Source: Tubulanus polymorphus (taxonomy: Eukaryota > Animalia > Nemertea). From it: a stretch of DNA of 64,000 nt. The number at the start of each line of letters is the position of its first letter. Position 1 is the first letter of the stretch. Of this stretch, positions 13,501 to 28,500 are shown in pieces. The position numbers and the translations under genes were made by a program. The notes under the pieces are model-generated. The model was not told the DNA's origin and ran no database searches. It saw nothing but the letters and a program-made list of their open reading frames with translations. The stretch is from contig NC_134029.1 of the NCBI RefSeq assembly GCF_964204645.1, positions 248,001-312,000 on the forward strand, in the 5' to 3' direction.

Positions 13501-16500
13501 AGGGCTATGTATTGTTGATGAGGACCTATTAGATCAGACTCCTAAATGGGGGTTTAGAGGGGGAGGGGGGCTGATCATGATCTATTTATATTTTACTAGG
13601 TTTACAATGATTCTATTCAAGGTTGTGAGGTAGAATTGATGAGTATTCTGTGAGGCTGAATAGAAGGGATTGGGGTGTAATTTTAGCTGCTAGGGATCCA
13701 GGGTTGAGGGGGAGGGGGTGGAACACCTGATATCGATCTAATATGACTCTAAATGATGTAATATTGTATAAGACACTGTTTTGATGAAGCTGAAAATGAC
13801 TGTGAAATGAGACTGAATTCAATGGTTGATTAATTCAATATAAACACAGCCTGAAGCAATCAATAATTGGGTTGAATAAAAGAGAAAATATTTCACATCC
13901 AGGTGCAACATTATTTATATCTTACATAAATTCAATGCAATAATAAGACAAAGACATAGAGGCTCATAACACAGGGACGCTGCTCTTTTATACCCAAAGA
14001 AAGACAGTTCTAAAAAAAATGATCCCTCCAGTGAGGTGTTTTATTGGAAAATACCAAATGACCAAATTTACCAAAATGGGCCCAATCAAGCCAGCACAGC
14101 TCTGCTAACCCTAGGTCATTAACCCTAGCTCCAGTCCCAACTGGGATTTGAACCGGGGTCTCTTACTTGTCAGTCCACTGTCCTAACCTCTAGACCACTG
14201 AGCTCTAGTGACTGATAGGGTTTGAAGGTTTGTGCAATGGTCAGTGGTGACCAGTCAGGTGTGGTGAGGTAACTCTATTCAATGACAATACTCCCCCTCA
14301 ACCCCCCTCCCCCTCAACCCCCCTCCCCCTTCGCCTGCTATCATCTTCTGTTTATAAAGAGATGAATTATGAAGTAGTTTAATCCAATGAATCTCCTGTT
14401 GGCTTCTCAGAAAATATTGAGAATTAACTGATGAATTTATCCCCCCCCCCAATTACTCAACTTGTACATAACATATTCATAATGAAAAAATCAGAAAAAC
14501 ACATCAAACAAAATAATAAAGCCCCAATAGAGGAGAGAGAGGAGAGAGTGTTTGAAGAGAGAGGAGAGAGTGTTTGAAGAGAGAGGAGAGAGTGTTTGAA
14601 GAGAGAGGAGAGAGTGTTTGAAGAGAGAGGAGAGAGTGTTTGAAGAGAGAGGAGAGAGTGTTTGAAGAGAGAGGAGAGAGTGTTTGAAGAGAGAGGAGAG
14701 AGTGTTTGAAGAGAGAGGAGAGAGTGTTTGAAGAGAGAGGAGAGAGTGTTTGAAGAGAGAGGAGAGAGTGTTTGAAGAGAGAGGAGAGAGTGTTTGAAGA
14801 GAGAGGAGAGAGTGTTTGAAGAGAGAGGAGAGAGTGTTTGGAGAGAGAGGAGAGAGTGTTTGAAGAGAGAGGAGAGAGTGTTTGAAGAGAGAGGAGAGAG
14901 TGTTTGAAGAGAGAGGAGAGAGTGTTTGAAGAGAGAGGAGAGAGTGTTTGAAGAGAGAGGAGAGAGTGTTTGAAGAGAGAGGAGAGAGTGTTTGAAGAGA
15001 GAGGAGAGAGTGTTTGAAGAGAGAGGAGAGAGTGTTTGAAGAGAGAGGAGAGAGTGTTTGAAGAGAGAGGAGAGAGTGTTTGAAGAGAGAGGAGAGAGTG
15101 TTTGAAGAGAGAGGAGAGAGTGTTTGAAGAGAGAGGAGAGAGTGTTTGAAGAGAGAGGAGAGAGTGTTTGGAGAGAGAGGAGAGAGTGTTTGAAGAGAGA
15201 GGAGAGAGTGTTTGAAGAGAGAGGAGAGAGTGTTTGAAGTACTGTATTGACAGACAGTGTATGTGTTCGAGGAGACACTTATACTTCAGTGATATATTTG
15301 TATGAGCAATTTATATTTAATACATTGTAAACTACAGTACTGATAATCTATATTCCATCCCCCCCCCCCCCGTACTCCCCATGAGACTCCCCCTCTCCTC
15401 CTCCCCCTCCCCCCCACTCATGAGACTACTCACTAATCTGTATTATATATTTGTAGGTAAGAATGGAGAGATAGTTTATAGTATAATATCAGGAGACATC
15501 GATGGATATTTTACGATCGGATCCAGAAATGGTACAATCTGCTCGGCTCGAGTTTTAGATAGAGAAATGACTAGTGTTTATAATCTAGTAGTGAAAGCAT
15601 TAGATCAGTCGACTGATACTAATAATAGATTCTCTAGTACGGCTCAGGTAACAAACTCTATCTCATTAATTTAAACCGACTCATTTACACAAATTTGATT
15701 CTAATATTCTGATTATTGTTTGTTGCTAGGTAACGATTCGTCTATTAGACGTTAACGATTGCGCGCCTGTGTTCACCTCGGCGACGGTTGCCCGGATACC
15801 GGAGAATACCAGTCCTAACACGGTAGCGTATACGGCGGTTGCCGTTGACGACGATGCGGGTACTAACGGTTACGTGGAGTATTCGATTGTTGCGTCTCCC
15901 GGCGACGGTTTATTTACGATTAACGCGTTCGACGGAAAGTTACGAGTTATCGGTAAATTAGACCGAGAAACGACCTTGAATTATACGATCGTATTACGAG
16001 CTCGAGATAAAGGTCAACCGACGCGGCAGACGGATATGAGTTTACACGTTTGGGTCGAGGATGAGAATGATAACTCACCTGAGTTTACTCGTAAACAGTA
16101 CTCGATACCGGTGAGCGAGGATGTAGATATCGGGTTTCAACTAATTAAAGTACGAGCCACCGATAAAGACATCGGTCTAAACGCAGCTATCAGATACTAC
16201 ATCGTCAACGGCGACGATAATCAGGATTTCATCGTCGGAGAAAAAACGGGAATTCTAACGGTGAATCGTAAATTAGATTACGAGCGTAATCGCGATTACA
16301 CTCTTTACGTACAGGCTGAGGATAGCGGGATAGTAACACGTTCCGATACCGCTACTGTAACTATCTCGGTTCTAGATGTGAACGATTTCGCTCCGATATT
16401 TCAACATTCTCCGTATATCGGATTCATTCGAGAGAATGTTTACAGTTTACCGGTTCACGTATTAACCGTTACCGCTAGAGACGATGATTCTACGGCTAAC

Positions 16501-19500
16501 AATCGGATCGTTTATTCGATACGCAGCGGTGCGAGGGGTATATTCACTATTAATGAAGACACCGGTGAAATATCGGCGACTAAAACTCTGGATCGTGAGA
16601 AACAATCGGTTTATCAGTTAGCGGTCGTAGCTTACGACTCCGGAAGTAAGTTACTCTAGCCTCAATTACATCGGTTTAAATGTCCATAGCATCGGTTACC
16701 ACTCCTCACTAACATATTACATTACAATTCCTCATTGGAGAATTCCCTCACACAAAAAATGAAAGAACAGAATCTGAAATGTTTCTTTCAGCTAATACGG
16801 TAGTTTATTCAATGTTATGACTATTCTAATAGTGCATTCAATGTTTTGACTTTATCCTATTAGGATACAGTGGAAAGGTTGAATAAACTACAGTTAGCTC
16901 AAGGAACATTTTTAGGCTCTTTTCTCAACGTGCATAGATTTCAACACCTTAATCTTTAAAACACAAACTCAAATTGTTTCATTTACACTAAAATATCGAT
17001 ATTCTTCGGTGTAAATGTTCTCATCACAATCGTAACTGTTTGAGTTCAATCAAACTCTTAATTTATCAATATCTAAACATGCAGGATTTTGTATATTTCT
17101 AAACTATTCTTTAGTATTTTTCTCAACTGTGTTAAACTTTGTGACTTGTCTGATCTTATAGAAATATTGAAATATTCTCTCATTATATTCAATAATGGAC
17201 TAAGGAGTATTATTTATAAATCAGTGAATCACGTATAAATGGATTATAAACCGGTATTGAAAGGTGTTTAGTTGTTACTGGTGACACCCGGTTCCGGTTA
17301 ATGATTTCCCTATAATCCGCCCTGTATTCCCTCGTTTAATTGTATTTCCCCATTAACGGTCACCAGCCGCTTCTTAAACACATTCCTCACATTTACAATT
17401 AACAACTAGGGCAATTAGATTAAAGTTATATAAAATTCATATATTGCGCAACAACCACAGTGTCGCCCCAGGCCGGGCCCTTCATGGCTCAGTGTGGCTC
17501 AGGCTGGACCCTTTGTGGCTCAGTGTGACCCAGTGTCACCCAGGCTGGACCCTACATGGCCCAAAGTCGCCCAGGCTGGGCCCTTTATGGCCCAAAGTCA
17601 CCCGAGCCAGACCCTTCATACTTCTTAGATAAGAAAGTAGAATAATCCTGGTTCCCGACCTGTACGTATCTAGCTAGCAATCTGATCATCGAAACACCAG
17701 TAAAATAAACTTCAACTTGTTGCATTGTGGCTGATAAACTTACGCATCAGCTGTTAGTAGATGATAGATGAAATTTGATCATTGAAAATCTGTTTAATTT
17801 CACACACTTTAAACTCATTACAAAAAACAACAGTTTCAAATTTCACTCCGAGATTCTTCATTCAAGAGTCCAGTCTGTGATATCAGTTCGACTGACTGTG
17901 GAGCAGCTGCTGGGATTATAAAATAAAGAGAAATGTTGCAGTTGATTCTAGTAATTTGATTCTATATTGATTGGACACATGTTCAGCGAGTTTTTATTTT
18001 CCCAGATACTCCAAACAATAGATACACCAGATACTCCAAACAATAGATACACCAGATACTCCTACACCCTCCAGTACATGTATTTTATTTCATTATCAAA
18101 TTTCGCTCATGAAAAATTATTTAATTTTCTAATAAATTCTACCATGTTTTTCAGTTCATTGGATAGCAACAAATATCGCACTAGATCTCGATATAAGAGA
18201 TCTTAATATGAGATCTACAGACTGAGATATCAGTCATGTTTGATTTGATAATGTCTTGTGTACAATTTCAATATCTCATATTTATTTTATGTAACATTTC
18301 TAGATAAATTGTGAACATTAAAGTGGCGACCACCGGGTCCCGACTGACCGGCACCCGACTGACCGGCCCCCGACTGACCGTCAGACATTGAGTCAATAAT
18401 AAACAGTTGTTTATCAAATATACACATCACACTCTAATGTATAAAGTGGTTTCTTACATAACATCAATTCAACCACTTTTCAAAGCCCTGAATTTATGAA
18501 TGATTGAATTATAAGTTTATTACGCCTGATTTCCAGCTCTGAATTCCACAGTTTTGGGTTCGAATTGAATCTAAAGTTAAAAATTTGAAAATCATCTGAT
18601 TTTATTGTAAATTTAAAGTTGAATTTTAAGTTCTTCCAGATTTCGATCTAACTGACAACTGTTGAACCAGGTTCCTGAAGAATTGTTATTGATGATAGAA
18701 TAATATTATGTATTTATAGATGATATCCGACTGTCGGGTTCCGGATCTGTAACTGTTTATGTAAAAGATGTCAATGATCATCAGCCACAGTTTGAGAGAG
18801 ATGTTTACACAGGTTACGTACAGGAGAATTCTGCTGTTTATACCAGTGTAGCTATAGTAACTGCCACTGATTCAGATGAAGGAGTTAACGCTGAAATAAG
18901 GTATGAAAGTAAAAACACTCTGGTCGGGGGGGGGGGGGGGTGGGGGGGGGTGTGTGTCGGTAATATTGAGGTTCCTTCGAACCATTGAACATCACTCCAG
19001 GGTAGTATTAGAGCACTACTAGGTTCCCCTAAACCCGCTAAGCTCCACTCGGGGCATTATTTGTAGCAGGTTCTATGTTTCTTTTTCACAATTAAGACAA
19101 GAGAAGAACATGGATTCAAACTCATAAACCCTAGATTGATGATACCAATTTATAGACTGTAAACCTAATGATGAATGTATTATATATTTTGTAGGTATCA
19201 TCTGAAGGATAGTTTAGGTGATAAGTTTACAGTTGAACCAGCTACTGGTAAAATAGTAACGACGGCGCAATTAGACAGAGAGTTTAAATCGGAATATGAA
19301 CTGACAGTTATAGCAGAAGACAGCGGTAGTTCACCGCAATCCAGTTCGGCTAAAGTAATAGTATTAGTTGAGGATGTAAATGATAATGGACCAGTGTTTG
19401 AACAGAGAGTTTATAACGGATTTGTAATGGATCCGACCAGATCTGGTGAGTGACGATGTGAAACTGAAAAAATAATAATTCCCACTTGAACGAGGGGCTT

Positions 19501-22500
19501 ATATAACAAATAAATGAATGATATTTTTCCAGGGTTTTGCCTTCGCTTTGTTTTCGTGTCGATTTAAATTCCTGTTTGTTCAGATAATTATATGAAAATA
19601 CTGATTATTTGTAGTCGTGTTGTGATAATTGCCTTCAGCGCAAACGCTTTCTATGTAAAACTCTGTATACTAATCGGATTTATTAAAAACTTGATCCTCC
19701 TTACTGCATACTAAAGCTGCCCAGGTGTATTTTATAAAATAGATTTATATTTCGTTGTAAAACCTGTTTTTATCTAGAACTGGGTCATTTAGAAAGATCA
19801 GTTATTCCTATTCAAAAATACTTCACCTTTATTTTACACCTAATTTTTATGTAGATTCAATTTTTGCCTTCATTGTTGAATAATTTAAATGTACTCGGTA
19901 TTCAGTTACAACTACCTGACGCTTTGTATAAAGTATATGAATAACTCACTATTGATGATAGTTCAATGTTTACTGTTTTCTGTGAGAATGAAATTTAGAT
20001 CGATCTCAAAACTTTCATATTGATTAACATGAAATTATCCTCAATTGAGGAATAATTGAATATCTCATCAGTTTATCTGGGTTCATCAGTCTCTGTGTGA
20101 AATGTATGAATTTGTATTGATTGTTTTTGTATTATTTATTGTATGATTATAGGTGATTTTGTATTAGGAGTGACAGCTGTAGACAGTGACAGCGGAATCA
20201 ACGGACAGATCACGTATTCATTAAGTGGAACTGATAAATTCACTATAGATCCAAACACTGGAGTTATTAAAGCTACACAAACAATAACGGCTTCAATGGG
20301 TGTTTTTAAATTCACGGTTCACGCTTCAGATCGGGTAAGTCATAGCTCTACTAGGCAGCTATAGAACCTGCCTCCCCCCTTCAGCCTGGAACCTGCCTCC
20401 CCCCTTCAGCCTGAAACCTGCCTCCCCCTTCAGCCTGGAACCTGCCTCCCCCCTTCAGCCTGAAACCTGCCTCCTCCTCAGCCTGGAACCTGCCTCCTCC
20501 TCAGCCTGAAACCTCCCTCCCCCAGCCTGGAACCTGCCTCCCCCTTCAGCCTGGAACCTGCCTCCCCCTCAGCCTGAAACCTCCCTCCCCCAGCCTGGAA
20601 CCTGCCTCCCCCTTCAGCCTGGAACCTGCCTCCCCCTTCAGCCTGGAACCTGCCTCCCCCTCAGCCTGAAACCTCCCTACCCCAGCCTGGAACCTGCCTC
20701 CCCCTTCAGCCTGGAACCTGCCTCCTCCTCAGCCTGGAACCTGCCTCCTCCTTCAGCCTGGAACCTGCCTCCCCCTTCAGCCTGGAACCTGCCTCCCCCT
20801 CAGCCTGAAACCTCCCTCCCCCAGCCTGGAACCTGCCCCCTTCTTCAGCCTGGAACCTCCCGGAACCTCCCTCCCCTTCAGCCTGGAACCTCCCTCCCCC
20901 CTCAGCCTGGAACCTGCCCCCCCTTCAGCCTGAAACCTGCCTCCCCTTCCCTCCTTCAGTGAAGTGTGGACAATCAGTGTTTGAAAGTTTGCTGATAAAA
21001 TGTTGAATGTGTGGTGTTACTTGTTGATGTGTGTGTGAAGTGTGAATGGTGCTGCAGGATCCGTTGACTCTAGTTGTGAAGTAACAGTTGATATTGTTGT
21101 ATTTGTAGGGTTTGAAGTCACGTACGATGCAAGCTTCTGTGACGATATCATTCTCAACACCTGTCAATAATCAACCGACTTTTCAAATCACCCAGAAAAC
21201 ATTCAGTCTCAGCGAATCGGTATCGGCTAATTATCAGGTAGCGAGTCTCCGCGCGACCTCGCCGCTGGGGTTACCTATCACCTACACGATCGTCGGCGGC
21301 AACATCGGACCATCGTTTAATATCGGCTCGCGTAACGGACAATTAATCGTCGCTAGGCAACTCGATTACGAAATCACGCATAATTACGATTTATGGATCA
21401 AAGCGTCCGATAATCGTAACCCGGCCGGAACGGTGCTGACATCTATATCCATCGCGATACAAGATGAAAACGATAATCCACCGAAATTCGATCAATTGTT
21501 TTATAACGTCAGTTTGACGGAGAACGAAACTCCCGGTAGACCTATCGTCACGGTAACAGCATCCGATAAAGATTCGGGAGTGAATTGTAAATTGTTGTAT
21601 TCGTTAGCGACAGCGGGAAGTACGGGAGCTGGATTAAACCGGTTTACTATCGGTGCTGATACCGGTCAGATACAGACTATTACTCCGTTAGATAGAGAGA
21701 CTAAAGATAAATACACATTGATTGTAAGAGCTACCGATCAGGTAAGAAATACTTCTACATCTTACTACATTCTTATAAGAGTAAATTGATAAAAATGGCT
21801 TTTTGATTGGAAAAATTACCTTTTTAAAAATTTTTAGTGAAATTGAGTATTTGTTGTGCCTTTGAATAAAACTGTGCTCACAGTTCATGCTTAACCTTGT
21901 TGTCAAGCACCATTATAACAATGAGAAGCCATGGTTATAACTGACGAATATCAATAGAATTGTTGTCCCCCTAAGTCTGTAAAACTCTGCCTGGATCAAT
22001 GCCGGTAATTGATACGAGTTATAATGAATGATGTATGATGTTTATTACAGGGTATCCCGACACTGAGCGCTACGGCTCTAGTTCAGATAAACGTATTGGA
22101 TGAAAACGACAGTCGACCGAGATTCACGCGACAATACAGCGCCGAAATACCGGAGAATTCAAACATCGGTGAATTCGTAATTCAGATCACATCATCGGAC
22201 GCGGATAGCCCTCCGAATTCAATAGCGTCGTATTCATTTCAAACAAACCCCGGTAATAAATTCACTATCAACCCGTCTAGCGGTAACGTCACTGTTACCA
22301 GGCAACTAGACCGCGAGAAACAATCCGAATATCAACTGAAGGTCAAGGCCACCGATAACGCGTTCGAAATTCAAACGACTTTAATTATAATCGTCACGGA
22401 TATGAACGATAATTCACCATCATTCTCGTCTGATTCGTATCGGTTTGATTTTAAAGAGAAGCAGACGGCTGGTAAGAGAGTAGGTCATGTGACGGCGACA

Positions 22501-25500
22501 GACGCAGACGATCGCGGCCCGAATTCACGCATATTTTACTCGTTTAAACAATCGACCAGCGATTTCCGTTTAGACGCGAAAACTGGCGAAATATTCTCAA
22601 CTCGTTCCCTCGAATACAAACACAACAATGGAATAACGTCGCCGCAAAATATATATACACTGATCGCCGTAGCGACCGATCAAGGTACGCCTCCGTTATC
22701 GAGCGAGGTTACCGTGACGATAAACACGGTAGACGCTAACGACCACGAACCGGTGTTTACGGAGAACGAGTATTTAACGGCGGTTCCGGAAAACGTGAAA
22801 ATAGGCGATCGGATCGTGAGGATCATCGCCAGGGACGACGAGGATTTCGGAATAAACGCGCAGATTGAATATTATAAAACGGGAGGCGGAACGGCATCGC
22901 TTTATTTCAATATCGATAAAAACACCGGCTGGATCACCACGTCGCGATCGTTGTCCGGACAACGGAATCAAAAACTAGATCTGATCGTTAAAGCGTCCGA
23001 TCGAGGAACGCCGGTTCAATCGGCGCAAACTACCGTCCGATTCCAAATCACCGATATAAATCAATATATACCTCGATTCGTCGGAGGAATCTACGAGAAA
23101 ACGATTCCCGAGAATTCAGCCGTCGGTCAAATCATCGCAACAATCTCCGCTACCGATAACGATCCCGGATTAAACGGATTAATAGATTATATCATCGTCG
23201 GCGGCAACCGACTCGGATTGTTTACGATCGATAAGAATCAGGGAGACGTTAAAATCGCCGGGGTTTTAGATTACGATACGGTCCCCGTTCATCGTTTGAA
23301 TATATCGGCGAGAGATCGAGGTCTTCTCTCGAAATCTGCGTTTAAAATATTTACGATATTTCTAACGGATGTTAACGATAATCCACCGGTATTCAACAAT
23401 ACGCAATACAGCGTAGATATAGCGGAGAATTCACCCGCGGGTACCACGGTAACGACCGTACGAGCGACCGACGAGGATTCCGGAAATAACGCCGAAATCG
23501 AGTATTCAATAATCGGAGACGATTCATCGCGATCGACGTTCATCATTCAACCGTCGTCGGGTGTAATCCTCGTACAGGGGGCGCTACTAGACTACGAATC
23601 TAAACGCGATTATACGGTGAAAATACTCGCTTTAAACCCGAGTAAATCTAACATGCAGAGTACGACTACTCTTAGAGTAAGAATCACCGGAGTAAATGAG
23701 TATTATCCTCGATTCGTTAGGAGTGAGTACACGTTCGCGTTGAGTGAATCGGCACCGCTCGGACACACGGTCGGTAGAGTCTACGCTACTGATCGGGACT
23801 CCGGCCAGGACGGCGTTATTCAGTATTTCCTGATCGGTGAAAGTAACGCGTTCGGGTTCCAGATAAAACGAGATACCGGCGAAATAACCGTCGCTAGGCA
23901 ACCGGATCGAGAGAAATCATCGGTGATAATTCTCGACGTGATGGCGAAGAATCGAGGAGAGCTCCGCGGTAACGATTCCGATTCGTGTAAAGTACGAGTG
24001 ATCGTAAGCGATTCAAACGATCCTCCGAGATTCCATCAACAGATTTATAACGGTTACGTCTCCGAAAATAAACAACCCGGACAATCGGTTACCGTAGTAA
24101 CGGCTACGGATACCGATTTAAACCCGCAGGATAGTCAGTTCGCTTATACAATACTGAGCGGTAACCGCGGTAACGCGTTTCAGATTCATTCTATATCGGG
24201 ACTGGTGACGACTCTATCGGAGTTGGATCGGGAAGTGAATTCGATGTTTAATCTAACGATCGGAGCGGTCGACTCCGGGACTCCGGCGATGACTGGATCT
24301 ACGACAGTTCGGGTTCACGTTACTGATATTAACGATAACGCTCCGTATTTCACTCCGACTCGTCCGGAGGGATATATCACTGAGAATGAGGCTCCGGGTA
24401 CGAGTATCGTATCTCTGATTGGTCATACACGAGATCGAGATTTACCCCCGAATCAGGGACCGTATCAGTATCGTATCGATTCCTCCGCTGATTCCTCCGC
24501 TGATTCCTCCGCTCTGTTCACGGTCGGAGTTAACGACGGAATATTGAGATCTCGAGTGAGTTTCGATCGCGAACTCGTATCTCGATATATCGTACCGATT
24601 ATCGTCTCAGACGCCGGTAATCCGAGATTATCGTCGACTCTCGATACCGAGGTCATCGTACGAGATGTAAATGATAATCCATCTCTATCTCGACCGCTGA
24701 ATATCGTCGTGAATACGTTTATGAACCGGTTCCCGACCGGACGTATCGGTAACGTGGCTCCGCGCGACCCTGACACTACCGGTCAATACGTGTGTCAGGT
24801 TGTACGGGGAGACCCGATGTTTCACGTGCCGGCCGACTGTAACCTACACGCCTCGCAACCTAAAGGTGAAAACTTGTACAGTTTAAATATCAGCGGAACT
24901 GATGGAGTTCATAGCAGAGTTTACTCCGATATTTATATCAAATATCAAGATATATCGAATTCGACTTTAGATAACTCATTTATCCTGCGTTTAGTCGATA
25001 TTACAGTCGAGATATTCTTACAACAGTTTTATAGTAAATTCGTTCTTATCACGTCAGAATTATTCGAGAAAACTTCAACTGTTTATGTTTACAGTTTGAC
25101 TCAAAACGGTCGAAATCTCGATATTATATTAGCGGTCAAAAAACAGAACGGTCAATACGTGTTCCGTAATGAACTGAGGACGATATTCACTACTAATAAA
25201 CTTAATATCGAATCTCAAGTGAAAGTGAGAATCTCGGATATAGATTACGATCCGTGTAGCGCGAATCCGTGCGATAATTCGGGAGAATGCAGTAATATCG
25301 TTTATATCTATCAAACTACAAACATCGTATCGACATCGTCTATTATATTCACATCTCCCGATACTAACCGAGGATTTAACTGTCGATGCGGGAAGGGTTT
25401 TACCGGAACGCACTGTAACGTAACCCGCGATCTCTGTACCCCGAACCCGTGTTTACACGGAGCGCGTTGCTATAACAACGCTATAAACGGAGGAGGACAG

Positions 25501-28500
25501 ACGTGTGAATGTCCCCCGAACTGGACCGGACAGACGTGTGAAACTAACGTTAACGAGTGTTTGAAGAATGTTTGTAAAAACGGCGGTAAATGTCGCGATA
25601 CGGAGGGTTCGTTCGAGTGTATCTGTCGTCCCGGTTACAGCGGTCCGACCTGTACGAAGGATGATAACTGCGCTAATGTAACGTGTTATAACGGTGGTGT
25701 TTGTAAAGTGACCGGCGGTCAGTCGTATCGGTGCGAGTGTCCGTTCGGTTACTGGGGTCCATTGTGTCAGAGAGGATCGATAGGGTTTCCTGGTCTATCC
25801 TATATACAGTACAGCACTCTAAAACCAGCTCTAAATACATTCCACATCGTGTTCACTACGTCTCAGAATAACTCACTACTGGCGTATAACCCGGGAACTA
25901 CCACGGGATCATTCGGAGATTTCATCTCTCTCGAGATTCTAAACGGATATATCAGATTCTCGTTCGCTCTCGGAGACGGACCCGCTACTCGTATCTGGTT
26001 ACTAACGAAGAAAGTTAACAATGGACGCTGGTATCAGGTCGAAGCTCATAGGAGTCATAAGGTAAGAATCAAACAGTTATTGAACCCTGTGTGCGGTGTA
26101 TAGCCCATCCTGTTAGACTGGGTCCTGATCCTGAAACCTCTGATTAATCTGTATTTGGTATATTTTCAGACTGGTTACGTTAAAGTCACCGATTGTAATG
26201 ATAATGATTGTTCTGATTGTAATGAATTTGACAAATCTTGTTATAACAGTTCGTCGTCTAATCTACAATATGAGTAAGTATTATCTCTATACCAATACAC
26301 TGTAAATCACTGACTTATATTCATCCAAATAAGGACTGGACTAGTAAATTGAATAGAAATTTGGACTCAAATTCACAATTTCAGTAATGTTATGATGGCT
26401 TATACAAGTAGATTGAATTAGCAATGTTAATTAGGATTCAAAAATATGGATGATTTTAGTGACGACACATTTCACTGAGTTTGACTTCATCTTGTATTCT
26501 ACTTGTAACTGAGATTTCTGTGATGGATTCTATTTTTAGATCGTTAGACGTGCAGGGATTTCCCCTGTATATCGGAGGTTTACGAGATCTCTCAGATATA
26601 TCTCAACGACCCGGTCAAATATCAACTCATAATTTCATCGGTTGTATGCGTGAGATCGTTATTGATAAAGTGGCTCATTTAGTGGAGAGACCCGAACAGA
26701 GACAGCAGTCCGTACTGATAACGAACACGTGCCCGCGGGCTGCCGGGCTCTCCGGGCACGGCTTGTGTAGGAACGATACTTGTAAAAATGGTGGAGTTTG
26801 TGTCGATGATTGGACTTCAGTTTATTGCGTTTGTCCGAATGGACTGATACCACCTGACTGTACTACGTGTAAGTATTATCTCTAACCAAGGGATGCATCA
26901 AGGGGTCCCATTGAGGGGTTCCATTGAGGTTACCACCCAGGGATGCATCAAGGGGTCCCATTGAGGGGTTCCATTGAGGTTACCACCCAGGGATGCATCA
27001 AGGGGTTCCATTGAGGTTACCACCCAGGGATGCATCAAGGGGTCCCATAGAGGGGTCCCATTGAGGTAACCACCTCCTAGCTGCAAATTGACCTCACACC
27101 AGAATTTATGAAATTATTTACACTGTTAATTCTTCCTGTTGTTTTTCAGCTCCGAAGCCGTTTACGTTTGGTGCAAATTCTCGTATAGAATATCAACCGA
27201 AACAGACTTATATCAGAGATCAACAATTCAAACAGATTAATTCACCAGCTCAACAAGGACGCAAGAAACGCTCCGTTTCCGTTAGCGACCAGAAAATATC
27301 GTTCAGATTTCAAATATCTACCGATAACGATAATCTATTGTTCATCTCAGAAACTCAGGCTGATTACACAATGATCCTGGTCAGTATCGCATCCCTGTTT
27401 AACACCGCGGAGATTCATTTTAGAATAACACAGAAATAATTCATGATTTATCATTGTTTTATTTATTGTAGATAAAGAATAATAAAGTGACGTATGGAAC
27501 TAATACAGCAGGATTTCTGACATTATCAGTCGATGATGTTACAATTACTAAAGGAACTTGGTATCAAGTTTCACTAACACTAAGAGGTAATTTACTTTAT
27601 TCATGCAGTAGATTTACAGTAGACAGTCAAACCTTGGAGTTTCTTGGTCGAAACTTTTTCTCTGGTTCTCTGGTCTCTCCCCCATTGGAAAAAAGAAACA
27701 TTGCACCCACTTATGGCGCTTAACAGGTTGAGGGTGTTACAAAAAAAGCAGTAGACAGTAGCATTGTGTAATATACATGTGAGGTAAATAATATGAATGA
27801 TTTATTTATTGTAGGAGGTCAAACTGTGATACTGGACGTGAATGGAAAACAAACATCAAAAACATCTGCGAATATTCATGATTTTATCGCTACAGATATA
27901 ACGGCTTTATCGCTAGGAGGTAAATCCACTGCGGTTCAGTGGACTGGTGAAATCATTCCTGGTACGTGTTTTCAGTATATCCCATCAACGCGTTACACAT
28001 TGTCTTAGATCTAACTGAATTGATTGTTAAACTATTTGAATTGATTGTTGATCTAACTGAATTGATTGTTGAACCATTTGAATTGATTGTTGTAGGTTTT
28101 GAAGGATGTATGGAAGAGTTTTCGATAAATGACGAAATTCAACCGTTCTCGGGAAGTAACGCGAGGTTTAAAGTGGTCGCCGTTGGAGATGGATCGGGAT
28201 CTAGTTATCAGTGTATCCCGGTACCGGTTGCGGTGCAGGATTCTCTCAGTCCCGGAATTATCGTCGCTATTTGTTTCTTTATTTTATTACTCATCGGAAT
28301 TATAATCAGCGTTATTATATTCCGTCGTCGTCGGAAACTAAAACAACCGAAAGAGAACGGAGCGACAACAATCGGAAATAAATCAATGGTCGACACGGGA
28401 CACGCTAACCATAGTTACCAGGATTCGGGATTCACGGAGAACGGAGAATATCACCACGACGACGCAATAATCAGGAATCATATCAGCGAGGAGCTAGCCG

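Noticed and set aside
14135-14204. Functional tRNA-Val(GAC)
   Set aside because: The anticodon stem does not pair and the scaffold resembles Glu/Asp; treated as a SINE head or pseudogene.
3481-28396. Antisense and alternative-frame ORFs inside Fat4 exons
   Set aside because: Expected shadows of long coding exons; no recognisable motifs.
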